NCBI RefSeq assembly: GCF_001186125.1
Contig: NW_014039909.1
Coordinates: forward strand, 4,388-44,708
DNA: 40,321 bases
Origin: Sphaeroforma arctica JP610
Lineage: Eukaryota
Direction of reading: 5' to 3'
The translations under genes were made by a program, and so were the position numbers. Of this stretch, positions 1-12,200 are shown piece after piece. Position 1 is the stretch's first letter; each line of letters starts with the position of its first letter. The notes under the pieces were generated by a model. The model did no database searches. It was given only the letters and a program-made list of their open reading frames with translations, and was not told the DNA's origin.

Positions 1-314
1 TTATATATGTATATACATATATGCAAAATCTCTATGGCATCGTGTATGTACTGTAGAGCAAGAATACCTACGCGTGTTGGTACGAATTTAGGTCGACATG
101 CAATTTGCCTGAGTATATTTCCTGGCGCATGTCACCATTCCTATCTAAAGGCAGAATCGAGTTTATATCCCGAAAAATGTGCGTCTGCATCTTCCAAGCC
201 TATGCAAGTTCTGGTATATATCTAATAAGTATATTAGGTGTATCAGTCGGATGTATATTCCATTAAGAAATCGGCAACATCACACACGATCTTCTTCACT
301 AACACCCACAACAG

Positions 315-830
315 AGTATCAAAGAGGCACAGACGCAGTTACTAGAGCTGCTTATGCGCTTTGCTACACCTGGCACTACTAGCAAGAAGAATTCCTCCGC
401 CGGCGAAGCTCCTGAGGGGCTTTTGAACCAGAACTGGGCGTGGTGAGTGTGATGTCCGAATTTAAGGCGTCACACAGTATGAGTGTTGTCCGCTATTTCT
501 TATAATGTTTTGACCTTATCCTGTGCTGTCAAAGGCCTATATAGTACCAGTTGTAGTGGGTTTGTGCATGGTTCCATTAGTACTACTTCCGTATATATCA
601 CAAAGTTTCACTTCTAAATTCTTTATTCCGCATTGATTATCAGGTTATCGAGGAAGGTGAAAAAAGGAAAAGCATATCTACAGCGGGAGAAGTTGCCTCT
701 CACTGTAGTGCTGCTGCTGCTCTTGTTGCTGGGGCTGTCTCTTATGGTGAACGTGGTGATGGTTCGGCAAATGCTTCTGAAAGATTACGAATTCGATAAA
801 CTACTCTTGGATACGCTCGTCAAGAATTAA
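315..830 (+). CDS. 3' end of a spliced gene with a C-terminal transmembrane helix (exons 315-442 and 644-830; possible upstream exon 57-178); weak resemblance to the VASt/LAM-Aster family
   Basis: Branch point CACTAAC and CAG acceptor before 315; donor TG|GTGAGT at 442; acceptor CAG at 643. Phases join (TG+G = Trp) to give SIKEAQTQLLELLMRF...NWAWLSRKVKKGK...LPLTVVLLLLLLLGLSLMVNVVMV...TLVKN*. Frame 57-178 reads YISWRMSPFLSKGRIEFISRK but joins only through an alternative AG 2 nt downstream, so it is tentative. Confidence 0.7.
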
Positions 831-1569
831 AATTTTAATGACTAATTATCGCCCAACGGTGTATCAGTTTAGTCCTTATTAGTGCTGACACACAGTCAAA
901 CAGCCACTTAAGTAGCGATACTTTTGGTGAAACAGTGATACTTTAGCATGTGGGAAATCCTACGTATAGGGGTAGTACAAAGGTGCTTAATTGAAGGGAA
1001 GCATTCAGTTGGTACACATATGGCAAGCGGTCCTTTCACTTTTCACGATATCGCTTAGCTCAAACATTAAACACGCGCAACTGATTTCAGAATGTGCTTA
1101 CGCGAGTGTGTGTACTCGTAGTAGAACACTTTGATGTACATAGGAAACTGTGCATGTGAAATTTACAAAAATATAGAATGCACGGTGACATTTTTTGGTT
1201 TGTTTGTTTTTTGCAGACTTGTGCACGCTAAATATGTGCAAGAATATATCATATATTGCATGATTTCATCTCCGGAAATTTATTTGGGTAATAAACCCTA
1301 CGACCTGAACCTCGGTTTAACCTTAAAACTATGTAATTTGGGTAGTGTGTACTTTTGCTTAGGTGTTTTCAAGTAGACCAGCGCGAGTGTGATGTTGTAA
1401 ATACCGGGGAAGTTGGAGAAGGTGGAGAGAGTAAAAATGGTTTGAGGTATCATTATAGTACTGCTCATTCGTTTTAAAAACTATATTCATATCTATGAAA
1501 AATGCTGTTGCCTGCATTAGATTTTGTGATATTTTTATATAGGTTTGCCAGGCTGTTGTAACGCTATGT

Positions 1570-2160
1570 CTTTCGCTGTAACGGCATTCGGTAGATCACT
1601 GTACACCAATCATATTGCTGCATAGCAATTCTCTCGCGTAACATGTACTAGGTTGACGCCACTGTATCACGATGGCAGGGTTGATGCCGATTGAGGCAAT
1701 TTGGCACCGGTGTTTACATTAGCGCCTCGGTAAGAGGATGGTATCGTTGTCGAACTTATACCGAATTGAATACCCAACAATACAACTGTAGATTTTTCTA
1801 TAGTTTCGAATGTATCCTTTTACGTATAGCCGCTGGGTCCTAATATTAGTGAAGCTCTACCTACGTTAACAACAATGCTCTGCACCAGAAACGGGCAGAT
1901 ATTGTTGTGACGTATGTTCTTTGCTGCTGCGTTGTAGGATCCTTGGTCCAGAGTAAGTGGTACAATTGTACACTTATTTCGGTAGCCCTGGACCAGGGCG
2001 TCTCGAATGATTCGAGCGAAACACACGCCAATTTGCGAACAATAGTTCAAACTCGCCCAGCAGATTTTATCAAATAAAATACGAAGCAACAACTGTGGGT
2101 CCTTTATTGCTCCGGGTAGAGAGTAGCCAAAACGACATTGCGTCACCCACTCAATCATAC
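1570..2160 (-). mobile_element. Possible highly degenerate Ty3/gypsy gag relic
   Basis: ORF 1820-2158(-) contains IIRDALVQG, resembling the gag IRDxFVxG motif. Further 3', a broken frame reads STCYARELLCSN...STECR, like a decayed CxAR..C..C..H..CR zinc knuckle. Stops and frameshifts are present; no pol or LTR was seen. Confidence 0.25.
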
Positions 2161-2408
2161 CAACTAAATATTATGTGAACAGGTGGTTCTCTTACTCCAA
2201 TTATGCGAGAAACCATACCGAAGAGAGCATTTCTGTGTGCTGTGATCCCTAGAGCATACCAGTAGCAAAGCTGACTAGTTCTAAAGTATACTTTAGAATG
2301 TACCACACTATGAACGCTCAACATACCTCCAGAAACTAGCCGGTTATTCACTAGATCACCTTACTAGCTGAATCTTTCAAAAACAGAAAGAGGAGACAAT
2401 ACGCCAGT

Positions 2409-2650
2409 GTGGAATCACAGACCCGGCTAGCTTACTTTTGTGGAATCACAGACCCGGCTAGCTTACTTTTGTGGAATCACAGACCCGGCTAGCTTTGGAA
2501 TCACAGACCCGGCTAGCTTTGGAATCACAGACCCGGCTAGCTTTGGAATCACAGACCCGGCTAGCTTTGGAGTCACAGACCCGGCTAGCTTTGGAATCAC
2601 AGACCCGGCTAGCTTACTTTTGTGGAATCACAGACCCGGCTAGCTTACTT
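2409..2650. repeat. Minisatellite, 9 copies of TGGAATCACAGACCCGGCTAGCTT (24 bp; 31-bp variant with ACTTTTG)
   Basis: Directly visible near-perfect tandem copies with no unique spacers. Confidence 0.95.
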
Positions 2651-4793
2651 TATTCAATTCGGTTTAAAGGTTTCCCACACAAGTGTGATTCCTTCCTGGT
2701 GTATTTTCTTCTACAGCTTACGATAACAATAGAGTGCAACGCAGCTTGTGAATTTATGTTCAGCAATAAATCAGCGGGAATATACCACCAAAGTTGTCCA
2801 AATTCTCTGGCAACCATGTCACACTCTATGACAAAGGCATTTTAATGTTGTTTTAATGTTTTATTTAATTTTACAATTGATAATACGATCAAGTGGTGTA
2901 ATTTTATTGTATCAAAATACCGTACTCTAGCGGAACGGTGAGATTGCGATATGGGCTACTTCCGCCACGGTGTTCAAGAATGTTTGGCGTTTGAATATTC
3001 AATACGTGCATTTCATTTTAAACTACTAGAAGCACCTTGTATATGTGCGACACTGCGAGCTGAGTGTCTGGATCGTTGACTCATGTCAAACAGAAACGAC
3101 AGCTGTTTATACTCAACCTTGTGAGGAGAACGAATGAAAAAGGGAGTTGCAGAAGGGACGTGAAGATGTGAGGAAAACAGATGGGACGAAGTATCGTCTG
3201 TTCCTCCCTTTTGTACCTGTGCAGTAGAAAGGGTCGGGCGAGTATAGTGGCTGGAACTATGAGACGAGTATCACTGTCATTCCAGGACACCAGATTTCGT
3301 AACATAGAATGTTGTTGTACTTGTAGTCGCTGATACACTTCCTGGTGCGAGGTCCACATTGGAGAAGCTGTCCAGAACTGTCAGGACGATCTCCCGCACA
3401 TAGGGCTATACTGAGCACTGATGATACTGTGAGTGGTCTCTACAGCAAAAGTACTGACGAAAAATCTTCCATGGAATGTATGTGCAGATAGAGCGTTGAT
3501 CAGCTGTACCGGGATACCCGCGATCAGAAACTATAGCTCAAGGTCGGTCAAAAAAAAATTTATCAAAAACCTGAACACTGTATCGGTGTCGTAGCGATAT
3601 CCAGGGAGCCGTCGGAAACAAGACTGGAGAACTCAGTAGTCCCAGAAAATGTTGTATAAATTCAGGGGCTTTTGGCAAATGAGAGGGCAAGAATCCAAAT
3701 AGCTTGGCATTGAGAGGTCGACATGCGTGGCAAATACATTGTTGGTGCGATTATGCAGTTTATGCAACCCACTACTAGAGTGGCGTGTATTGTGGAGTTA
3801 GTCGTGTTGAATACGATATGAACAGCACTGAATTGAGGAGGTGCGTGAACCTAGCAGGAAGTAAGAGGTATTAAAACCTAACAACTGCGGAGACCCATCC
3901 CTCATAAATGAGGGCGCGATCATAAAGGGAAGCAGCACGCCCGTCCAGAATATATATATTTTTTTTTATGGCGTTTTGAGTTCACCCCAAATATCTGTAT
4001 TTGTTGCCAGCGTGTTTGAAGTACTATTTTTTTCTGAGCCTGAGGTAACTTACTCACTTAACATGGCGGCACTGATACTGACAGTTTGACCGGTTTCATA
4101 TAATATTGTCACATGAGATGTACCAAATAAGCGAGTAAGCTCACCACGAGTTGCAAGAGGTCCACAAAGCAAGCCAAGGGTAGGTGCAATGAGCGGAAAT
4201 TTTTGTTTTATCATCGACATTAAATTAATCGTGATAGGTGAAATCCTTTGTGTCAATTAAGCTACCTGTGGGCTCTGATTAACTCATGTTTTACATAATA
4301 ATTACTACGAGTTGCAAAGGTTTGCGTTAACCATGCTAAGGTTTGTGTATCAATTGAGTGCGAGTCTTGTATGTAAAGACTTGCCTCGTAAGCAGCCGCT
4401 TTTGGTATGCTTGTTTACTAAGTTATTGCCCTGAACTCCCTTACTTGCAGTACTTATTATAACCCCTGTTTGTTCACCTCATGTTTGAATCCATATCAAG
4501 TCAATACGACCAAGCGCACGAAACACAACTAGAAGCCATCCGCATATAGTAACGGCACACAGGCTGATGTATTGCAATCATCACAACACTGCTTACCTCC
4601 ACATATACGCAAGTCTACTCTACATAGATGATATACCAGATATATCTTGTCATATCAAGGTCTCTAAAATGTGAGCAGTGCTCGAGGCATGATCTAAATA
4701 AAAATGAATACCTCTGAGTTTAAAACACCCTGCCTGCTCAAGATGTGTCTCTCGTATTGAACAGAATACCCAACGGGTAATAGTGTTAATAAC

Positions 4794-5168
4794 AGGCGGT
4801 TCCAAGTGGGGATTTGTTGCAGGCGAATCCACCCCCCCCCTTTTTTTTTTGGGCTGAGCTCTTTTCACTTCGTACCCCGCATTTTTAGGGTTTAGGGTTT
4901 AGAGTTAGGGTTTTCCCACCCCGGAAACAGACTCAGTGGACATACGGGTGCATTTGAATAGTTCAAAATTCACTGTTTAAAGCAGTGCCGTCGTTATAAC
5001 CTTGAAGAGGGGGAGCCTGTTTTGGCGCGTTACTTATTTTACCTGAATATGGGAACAAAGTTGTCAAGTCTAGTCCCAACTATAAAATAAGAGAAAAGCG
5101 GAAAGAGCCCCCCCCCCCTTTTTTTTGGATTTTATTCGCCTGAAACAAACATTCAGTTGGAACCGCCT
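4794..5168. mobile_element. MITE-like element with imperfect terminal inverted repeats (~375 bp)
   Basis: Left end AGGCGGTTCCAAGTGGGGATTTGTTGCAGGCGAAT; reverse complement of right end AGGCGGTTCCAACTGAATGTTTGTTTCAGGCGAAT. Both ends also carry poly-C/poly-T tracts and GCTCTTT. No ORF; no clear TSD. Confidence 0.65.
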
Positions 5169-6192
5169 AAATCTACTCTACCTATGCGATTTCTCGGTTA
5201 TCTTGAATCATGTCATGTCCAAAAAGGCGGTGTTGGTCTCAAGGTGTGATCCATTATTTTCGAATAATAGTTCTATAGTATGGCCTACTCAAAATGTCTC
5301 TTGAATTGTATTCTCGAAATACCTACAGATTTAACCATATTTAAAAGAAGTCTCATCAATATATGATACATAAACAACAAGATTGAACATAAAGACATAA
5401 TCGAGTCTATTCATTTCACTTCCATATTAAACATGAAGTAGCATATGTATAACGACGCACATGTCGCATTGAACGTCACACATTACCCCCTTAACCGTAC
5501 TTTTGATTAGGACCACACGAGAGCAGTTTTTTAATATGCGAACAGTACTTTAATATGGTCCACACAAGTTGTACATCCTTAAACGTTTGCAAGGCTATAG
5601 CAAGTGAGAGCTTTACGCACCTATACCGCACGAAACACCCGCATGATTTGGATGAAGCAATTATCCATACTCCCAACTCTATTTTTGGCGCTTTCTGTTT
5701 ATTGTTTACGATGGCTACTTGTCAGAATAGCCTGTATTGGAGCTGTTGCTGTTTTCCATTATGAACCGTCTTTTTCAATATATTGAAGGCCTATGCAGCA
5801 ATTTATAATTTATAGAGCTGATACGTGATTGCACCACAGGCTTGAGTTGGCCTAGCTATGATTTACGTATCGAGCTGGCACTTTTATTTTCAGCTGAGCC
5901 CGGGTCCTCGAACATCCGCTGCTCTATGTGGGCGTTCTCTGTTTTAGTGACAGATTGTAGGGTTAAAGACCTCGTCCGCATTAAGTCGATCTTGTCAGTG
6001 CCGTGAGACGCTATTGAACGCCATCCGCGATACAAAATATGGAACAGAGGACGAGGCTGGTGTGTCCAAGCGCCCACATTATGGCGTAGATCCATACTGC
6101 ACGCACGCACGTCAAGCCAACACCAGCGGTTGCTTGTAGGGCTCCTCATCTCCCGGACTCTATACAATGGCTTGGTGGCTTAACAAAGCGCA

Positions 6193-6246
6193 CTATAACT
6201 CGAACTCGGAGCCATCCGAGTCATCGCCCTCTGACGAAGGGTCGCT
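6193..6246 (-). CDS. TOP2: TOP2 exon 32, terminal ([17 protein letters not shown])
   Basis: Pyrimidine tract and CAG acceptor; acidic tail ending in TAG. Confidence 0.75.
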   Translation of the reverse strand, partial: SDPSSEGDDSDGSEFEL

Positions 6247-9200
6247 CTGTGCATGGGGAGTGTGGGTGAGGAGATGAGAGTGTGTTGCTGCAGGGACCCA
6301 CAGGACACACAACACGACACACAACACAGCTTCTGTAAATAACGGTGGTGGTGACTAATGCAACCGGGAATAGGGTTCGGCAAAGCATGACTGTCACAGG
6401 GAGGGTGTCACGTTCGCGATTCTCCTTCGCTACGTCGTACTCTGCCGCAAATGTGCTTGTACTCTCACATTACAAACACATAAGCAAATGCCTGCTCTTG
6501 CTAGGTATACGTATTCGTCGCGCATTAAACTGCAAGAGACATATGCCAGGTACACCACAACATATAAAAAATTAGAGACAAAAAACAAACCAACAAAAAG
6601 ATTCAGTCCGAAGCGATGATACACAGCAGACACAGTAGAGACCCTTCACAGATATACACACGCAATGTGCGTGTTGTGAGGGGCTGCTAGCTGCATGTAA
6701 GTGGTTGTAAGTTAACATCCGTCATCATTTAAGATGTCTTGTATGCCATAGGAAGACTACACGCTTTGAACGCGTACTAACAATCGCTTCCACAAAAAGT
6801 GGTCTGCATCGTAACCATGAACTGTGGAATTGGTTCCAAGCTGGCAGGGGGCATGTGGCCAAGACAAACCATAAGTACAAAACGTTAAACAATACCCATC
6901 GGCGTAACAATAATGGATCCGTCTACGTACCCGCAGTGGTCTTAACACCTACCTCGTAATTATACTTCACTTTGGCAGCAGCCCGGCGAGATGTCGGAGC
7001 GCGTTTAACGGGTATTTCGAAATCTGTGATGTGAAAATAAGACATAGAACAATCGTTGGTCTCGAGCGCACCATAGCTGGCTAAGAATAGTACATCACAT
7101 CTGGCTCAGTAAAGTACAAATACATGCACAACACCGTCCTTGACTCAGAATAGTACATATACACATGTGCAGCCAAACTTGCGGGCATGCTGCTCGCACA
7201 ACCAGGTACCTTAATCATATACACCACCAACCACGTACACCAAGTGGTATGAAGATCACGTTCACCAACCTCTGCTTAGTTTTAATCCAAAACATGTTCA
7301 GCATTTCTCAACCCATCTCTCAGCCTAAAGATACATATCTATGTATATAAAAATACTCACAATACAAAAATACATATTTATGTATATATATATATATACT
7401 CGCAATTACAGATCTACGTATATATAAATACTCGAAATACAGATGCATGCAAGTACTTGTCACTCCTACCTAAGTTGTCATCGCTGTCGCTTAGTGCCGG
7501 GACTGTGGCCACAGCGGCCTTGGCAGCGGCTGTTTTAGCCTTAGCCTTGGCTTTGGGTGCAGCCTTTGCACGTGGCTTGGCAGGTGCCTTGGCTTTGGCT
7601 TTTGATTTAGGGATTGTATCACACTCAGCCTCCGAGTTCTGTGGATATGCACAAGGGTTTTGAGTTTCGAGGGTTTAGAGGTTTAGGTATAGTTCTGAGG
7701 ATATGTACAAGGCGGCGGATGATGAGTGGGAAGACGGATCGAGTTCATACAGATGGAAGATGTGCTAATACGCTGGTAGTCTGTGTGATCCCAATTGTAC
7801 TGTGTTGTACGGTATCGACAGAAGTCACCAGCAACGTTTATTGTGGCGACAAACGGATATAGCGTGCAGTGCATGCAATTTGCGACACGTGAGAAATGAT
7901 TGTTACCACCACTCGACGCGTCGCTTACTAATCATACACATGCATGTCCCAGTCATCTGTTCGTGTCCGCTACAATTTGCAACATGTTGGGGCTATGTGG
8001 ACGTACCTCATCCGAATCCTCGCTGTACGTGCGCACCGTCTTCTTCTTCTCCACCGTGCGCGGCACATCGCGTTCCGACGGTCTGTAGAGAACGGGTTGC
8101 GTTTTAAGGTTTAGGGTTGTATGGTTGTGTAGAACGGGTTGAGTTTCAGTTGCGTTTTGGAGGGGTGGGACTATGAGTGTATATGGTTGACGGCGCACAT
8201 AGTATCAGTATTGCAGGGGTCTGTTGAGTGTGTTCACACTCACGGCTGTGCGTGTTAGTATTGTGTACACAGAAGTAGCTTTCGAGCATGGTGTAACGAG
8301 TTCTGCGGTCCCCAAACCATCGTGTATGTTTAGCTGAAGGCGGTACGAGGTTACAAGGACCAACACTTGCAATTACATATGAATTGCAAGTGTAGTACAG
8401 CAAAGCGCGACACAGATATGCAGCACCGTAGCGTAGGTGCCATTCGCATCGCTTGATGTTATCAAAGATCTGATACCCCTACACAGGGACTCACCAACCC
8501 ATTCACAGAAACAGAGCGCACTTATATAGAGACTGCTATGCACGTTGGTCAACAGGGCGAATACAATATGTGAGAAGAATCAACCGTCACTAGACTCGCC
8601 CGGGTTAGGCTTGGTGGTCCTTGTTTGAGCACAAACACAGTGCAGGTGGCATGGATCGTCCCATCACAGCTAGCCGTAATAATCAACAACACAGGACCGG
8701 TCGATGCAATGAAGACGGCAACAGATAGAGGCACACATTGACAGCTCTATGAATGCACTCTATCTAAAGGACCTGTGCACACGGTACATAGTCTGCTGCG
8801 CTGAGTATGAACGTGGAGTGTCTACAGAGGCTTTAGGGTTTATACCCTAAACCCTAGAACCTTAAAACCCTACACCACGTACCGTTTTCCAGGTTTGCCA
8901 ACCGACAAGCGTTTCACAGAGTCTGCCAGATCAGTGACGCCGTGTTCGTCTTCGTCCAGGTCTAAATCTTCGTCGCTGATGACAGTTTGGTATTTCTGTA
9001 CAACATTACATAGCAACACACGCCGAGGTATCATCAGATATGAGCGACTGGTTGGGGGATTATCCGTACTAGCATGCACGGTAGAGTGTGGCTGCACTAA
9101 CAGTATTGGGCCAACCAGACTTGATACATGGTGTTGTGTTGGGGTTATGAAGTATGGGTGTAAGATAAAACAATGGCGGCTATGCAGTAGGGAGGTGCAT

Positions 9201-12200
9201 GTGTTGGGGTTAGGAAGTATGGGTGTATGATTAAACAATGGCGGCTATGTTGTAGGGGGGTGTATATGCTGCGAGTGTCATACTGAAGGCAGGCTATTCT
9301 TTAGGAATGGAATTGCCGTGGCCCTTGCGTGATCCGTAAATACGATACCGTGGGAGACGACGGGAAGCATCCGTACTACTTGCAACCGCTTGAAACGGTA
9401 CGATAGAGTAACTAGAAATGATCAGCAACTGCAACTAAGGAACATTAAAGTACAACCCTGGCACAGGATAGAAAGGGAAACTGTGGTACTAACTATGGTA
9501 CTGGAGATACGGGTAAGGAGTGCGCCAAACCAATTCCGGTGGACACACGAGGGCACGAAAGCGCATCGCCGTGGTCATCATAAAGTGGAATCGTGTAGTG
9601 TGTTGAGTAGAAGCCTCTCATACATTAACTACATCACATTCCAGTGGTTGAAGTGGGTGGAGTGAGTGGTGTGTGTAGGTATACTGAGTTGTCACAGTGG
9701 TGCCAATCAACCAATACGAGTAGTCTTGGTAGGCTAAAGGACCTGTTCGAGGCGCCGTCGCTTTCTGGTGAATTTGATCACGGGCTGGCTGGCTGGCTGG
9801 CTTGCCCTGGTATAAACTCTTGGGCCGGAGCAGTGACTATGGGTTAGCAAGGCCATACAACCGTAGGACACAGGTACAGGCACACACGTCTACCTGGCAC
9901 ACGCGGGATGTCAGTACCAACAGCCAACACTGAGACGATGGGTAACAAACTACAGTACCGTGCATGTGACGAGGCTATTAAAACTGACTCGTGTCTCTCT
10001 ACTACACAGGAGATACGGCAACGTTTACGCTCTGTACGAGTGGCTAGAACACCGCACAGCCGCAGCACATCGCAGAGCACAAGCCATGCAGTAGATAATA
10101 TAATCTTTGAATTACCATTTTAACTCTTATTAGCGGTGTAGAGTTTAGGGTTTTAGGTAGATTCCCCGAGGCTGCACAGGAGAGTCACGGGGCTCGCTAT
10201 ACGGTGCGTATATACCTGCGTTGTAGGTACGCGTCTGTTCACAGATGTGAAGTCCCACTGACAGCCACAGGCACGCTGGCTATCGCATACAAGCAAACAC
10301 CTAGTGCTACAACAAACAAGGAAACACCTAGTGCTACAACAAGCAAGGAAATACTTAGTGCTACAACAAACAAGGACGTGGAATACATACACCACACATG
10401 ATCACACAGCACATCCCCAATTGCGTATGTGCGCAGTGCCTTTGTTGGCAGTTGATCATCAGGGCACTTGTGAGTAGATATGGCGAGTCAGTCCGTTGTA
10501 CCGAGGTATCGGATTTTGGGTTGTGCACACGCATGTGTGTGTATATGTCACACTCACACATAGGCACAAAGACACAGACATCCAGCCATGCCACACTCAA
10601 CACAGTCAGCCTCACACAGTCAACACCCCGCACTCACTGCACTCGCCCGCACCTTCGTGACGGGCGTCTTGTTCTGCCGTTGCCTGGGTGCAGGCTCTTT
10701 CTTTGGGGCTTTGGTCATGGCCAGGCGCTGTGATAAGCTGAGCATGACCCCACCGTCGCTGTCTGAGTCGCTGTTGCTGTCGGGTACAATGGTGGACCTT
10801 GGTTTGGTCTTCCTGGCCGTGGGGCGTTTGGGCTTAATCGCCTGCAATCGGATGGGCGAGGATAAGGGATAGAGATTGCAATAGGAGAAGGAATAGAGAG
10901 CAAATGGGATTGATGGACGGAGAAGGGAAGGAAAGAATACATATATCAGAGCAAGGGAGGGCAGGCGTGGTCATGCATAGTGCGTGGTGTGTTATGCCCT
11001 CATTCTCTTTTTTTTTCTCGCAATAGTCTTGGTACACATAAGGTGAGCCGCAAGTTAACGGAACATAAAATGAGACACCTCGAAAAATCGATTGGAGTTG
11101 CTGACGGACCGAAACTCAATAACGAAAACGGGTCAAAAGGGAAAGGTAAGCACGGATGTGCAGGCAAGCGATGGCAGCCCACCAGCCGGTTGGCGCCACT
11201 TACCGATGCCTGGGGCTGGTCATCCTCTAAAGTGGCTTTGGTTTGTTCTGATTTTATGACTTTCTGTGTTTAGTAAGAGGGGGTGGTGGTGTATGCGTGT
11301 GTGGGGAAAAAAAGGGGAAGGTGATTTAAAATATTTTGGCGTATGTGTAAACAACGAGCACTACTTGGTATTTTTTTTCCGTCCCAAAAGGCTGCGGGAG
11401 AAGACCAAAAGGCCCCGGTCAACTCAGCGATGATGTGCTGGCAGCATACACATAATACGGGCAAGCTCACACTTCTGTTGCGAGGATATTTACTTGAGAG
11501 ACGCATACTTTCGCACATGCAATTGTACATACATGCAAATATATCAAACAAACCTTGTACTTACATTCAAATACCTTGATTGCATATACGAGATATCTAA
11601 TTTATAATATAAGCCTTGTACTTACATTCAGACACCTTGATTGCATATGTGAGATATCTAAGTTATAATATAAGCCTTGTACTTGCATTCAGACACCTTG
11701 ATTACATATACGAGATATCTAAGTTATCATATAACCCGTGTACTTACATTCAGACACCTTGATTGCATATACGAGATATCTAAGTTATAATATAAGCCTT
11801 GTACTTACATTCAGACACCTTGATTACATATACGAGATATCTAAGTTATCATAAAAGCCTTATACTTACATTCAGACACCTTGATTGCATATGTGAGATA
11901 TCTGAGTTCAAATACCTTCATACGTATCATATAAGTATACTTGTACACATATTGGACGCAAAACCCTAATACCCTACAAGTACACTTGTACACAAATTTG
12001 ACGCATACGAGATAGCCGTCACACCTTTGGGACAGCCATTTTCCTGGCGGCGGGTTTGCTCGGTTGCCAGTCGTCTTCTTCTTTGGGTGTGATCTGGTAC
12101 AAAGAAGGCCACATGCACATCAGCTACAATTCAGAAGGGCTGCACTGTGGCTGTAGCATGTGATCAGGGGCAAATGAAGCACACAGACAGAAGGGCTGCA

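Noticed and set aside
2409..2650. CRISPR-like array of 24-31 bp repeats
   Set aside because: No unique spacers, no cas genes, eukaryotic context; it is a simple minisatellite.
3899..3914. Hairpin CCCTCAT-AA-ATGAGGG as a Helitron 3' end
   Set aside because: No CTRR terminus at the expected distance and no other Helitron evidence.
6430..6441. Alternative terminal exon (CAG|AGT ACG ACG TAG)
   Set aside because: Poor pyrimidine tract; the 6193-6246 exon gives the typical acidic Top2 tail.
9752..9837. Possible extra TOP2 cassette exon (GCTAAC branch point, TAG acceptor, [16 protein letters not shown]...)
   Set aside because: No convincing in-phase donor; exons 27 and 28 already join in phase.
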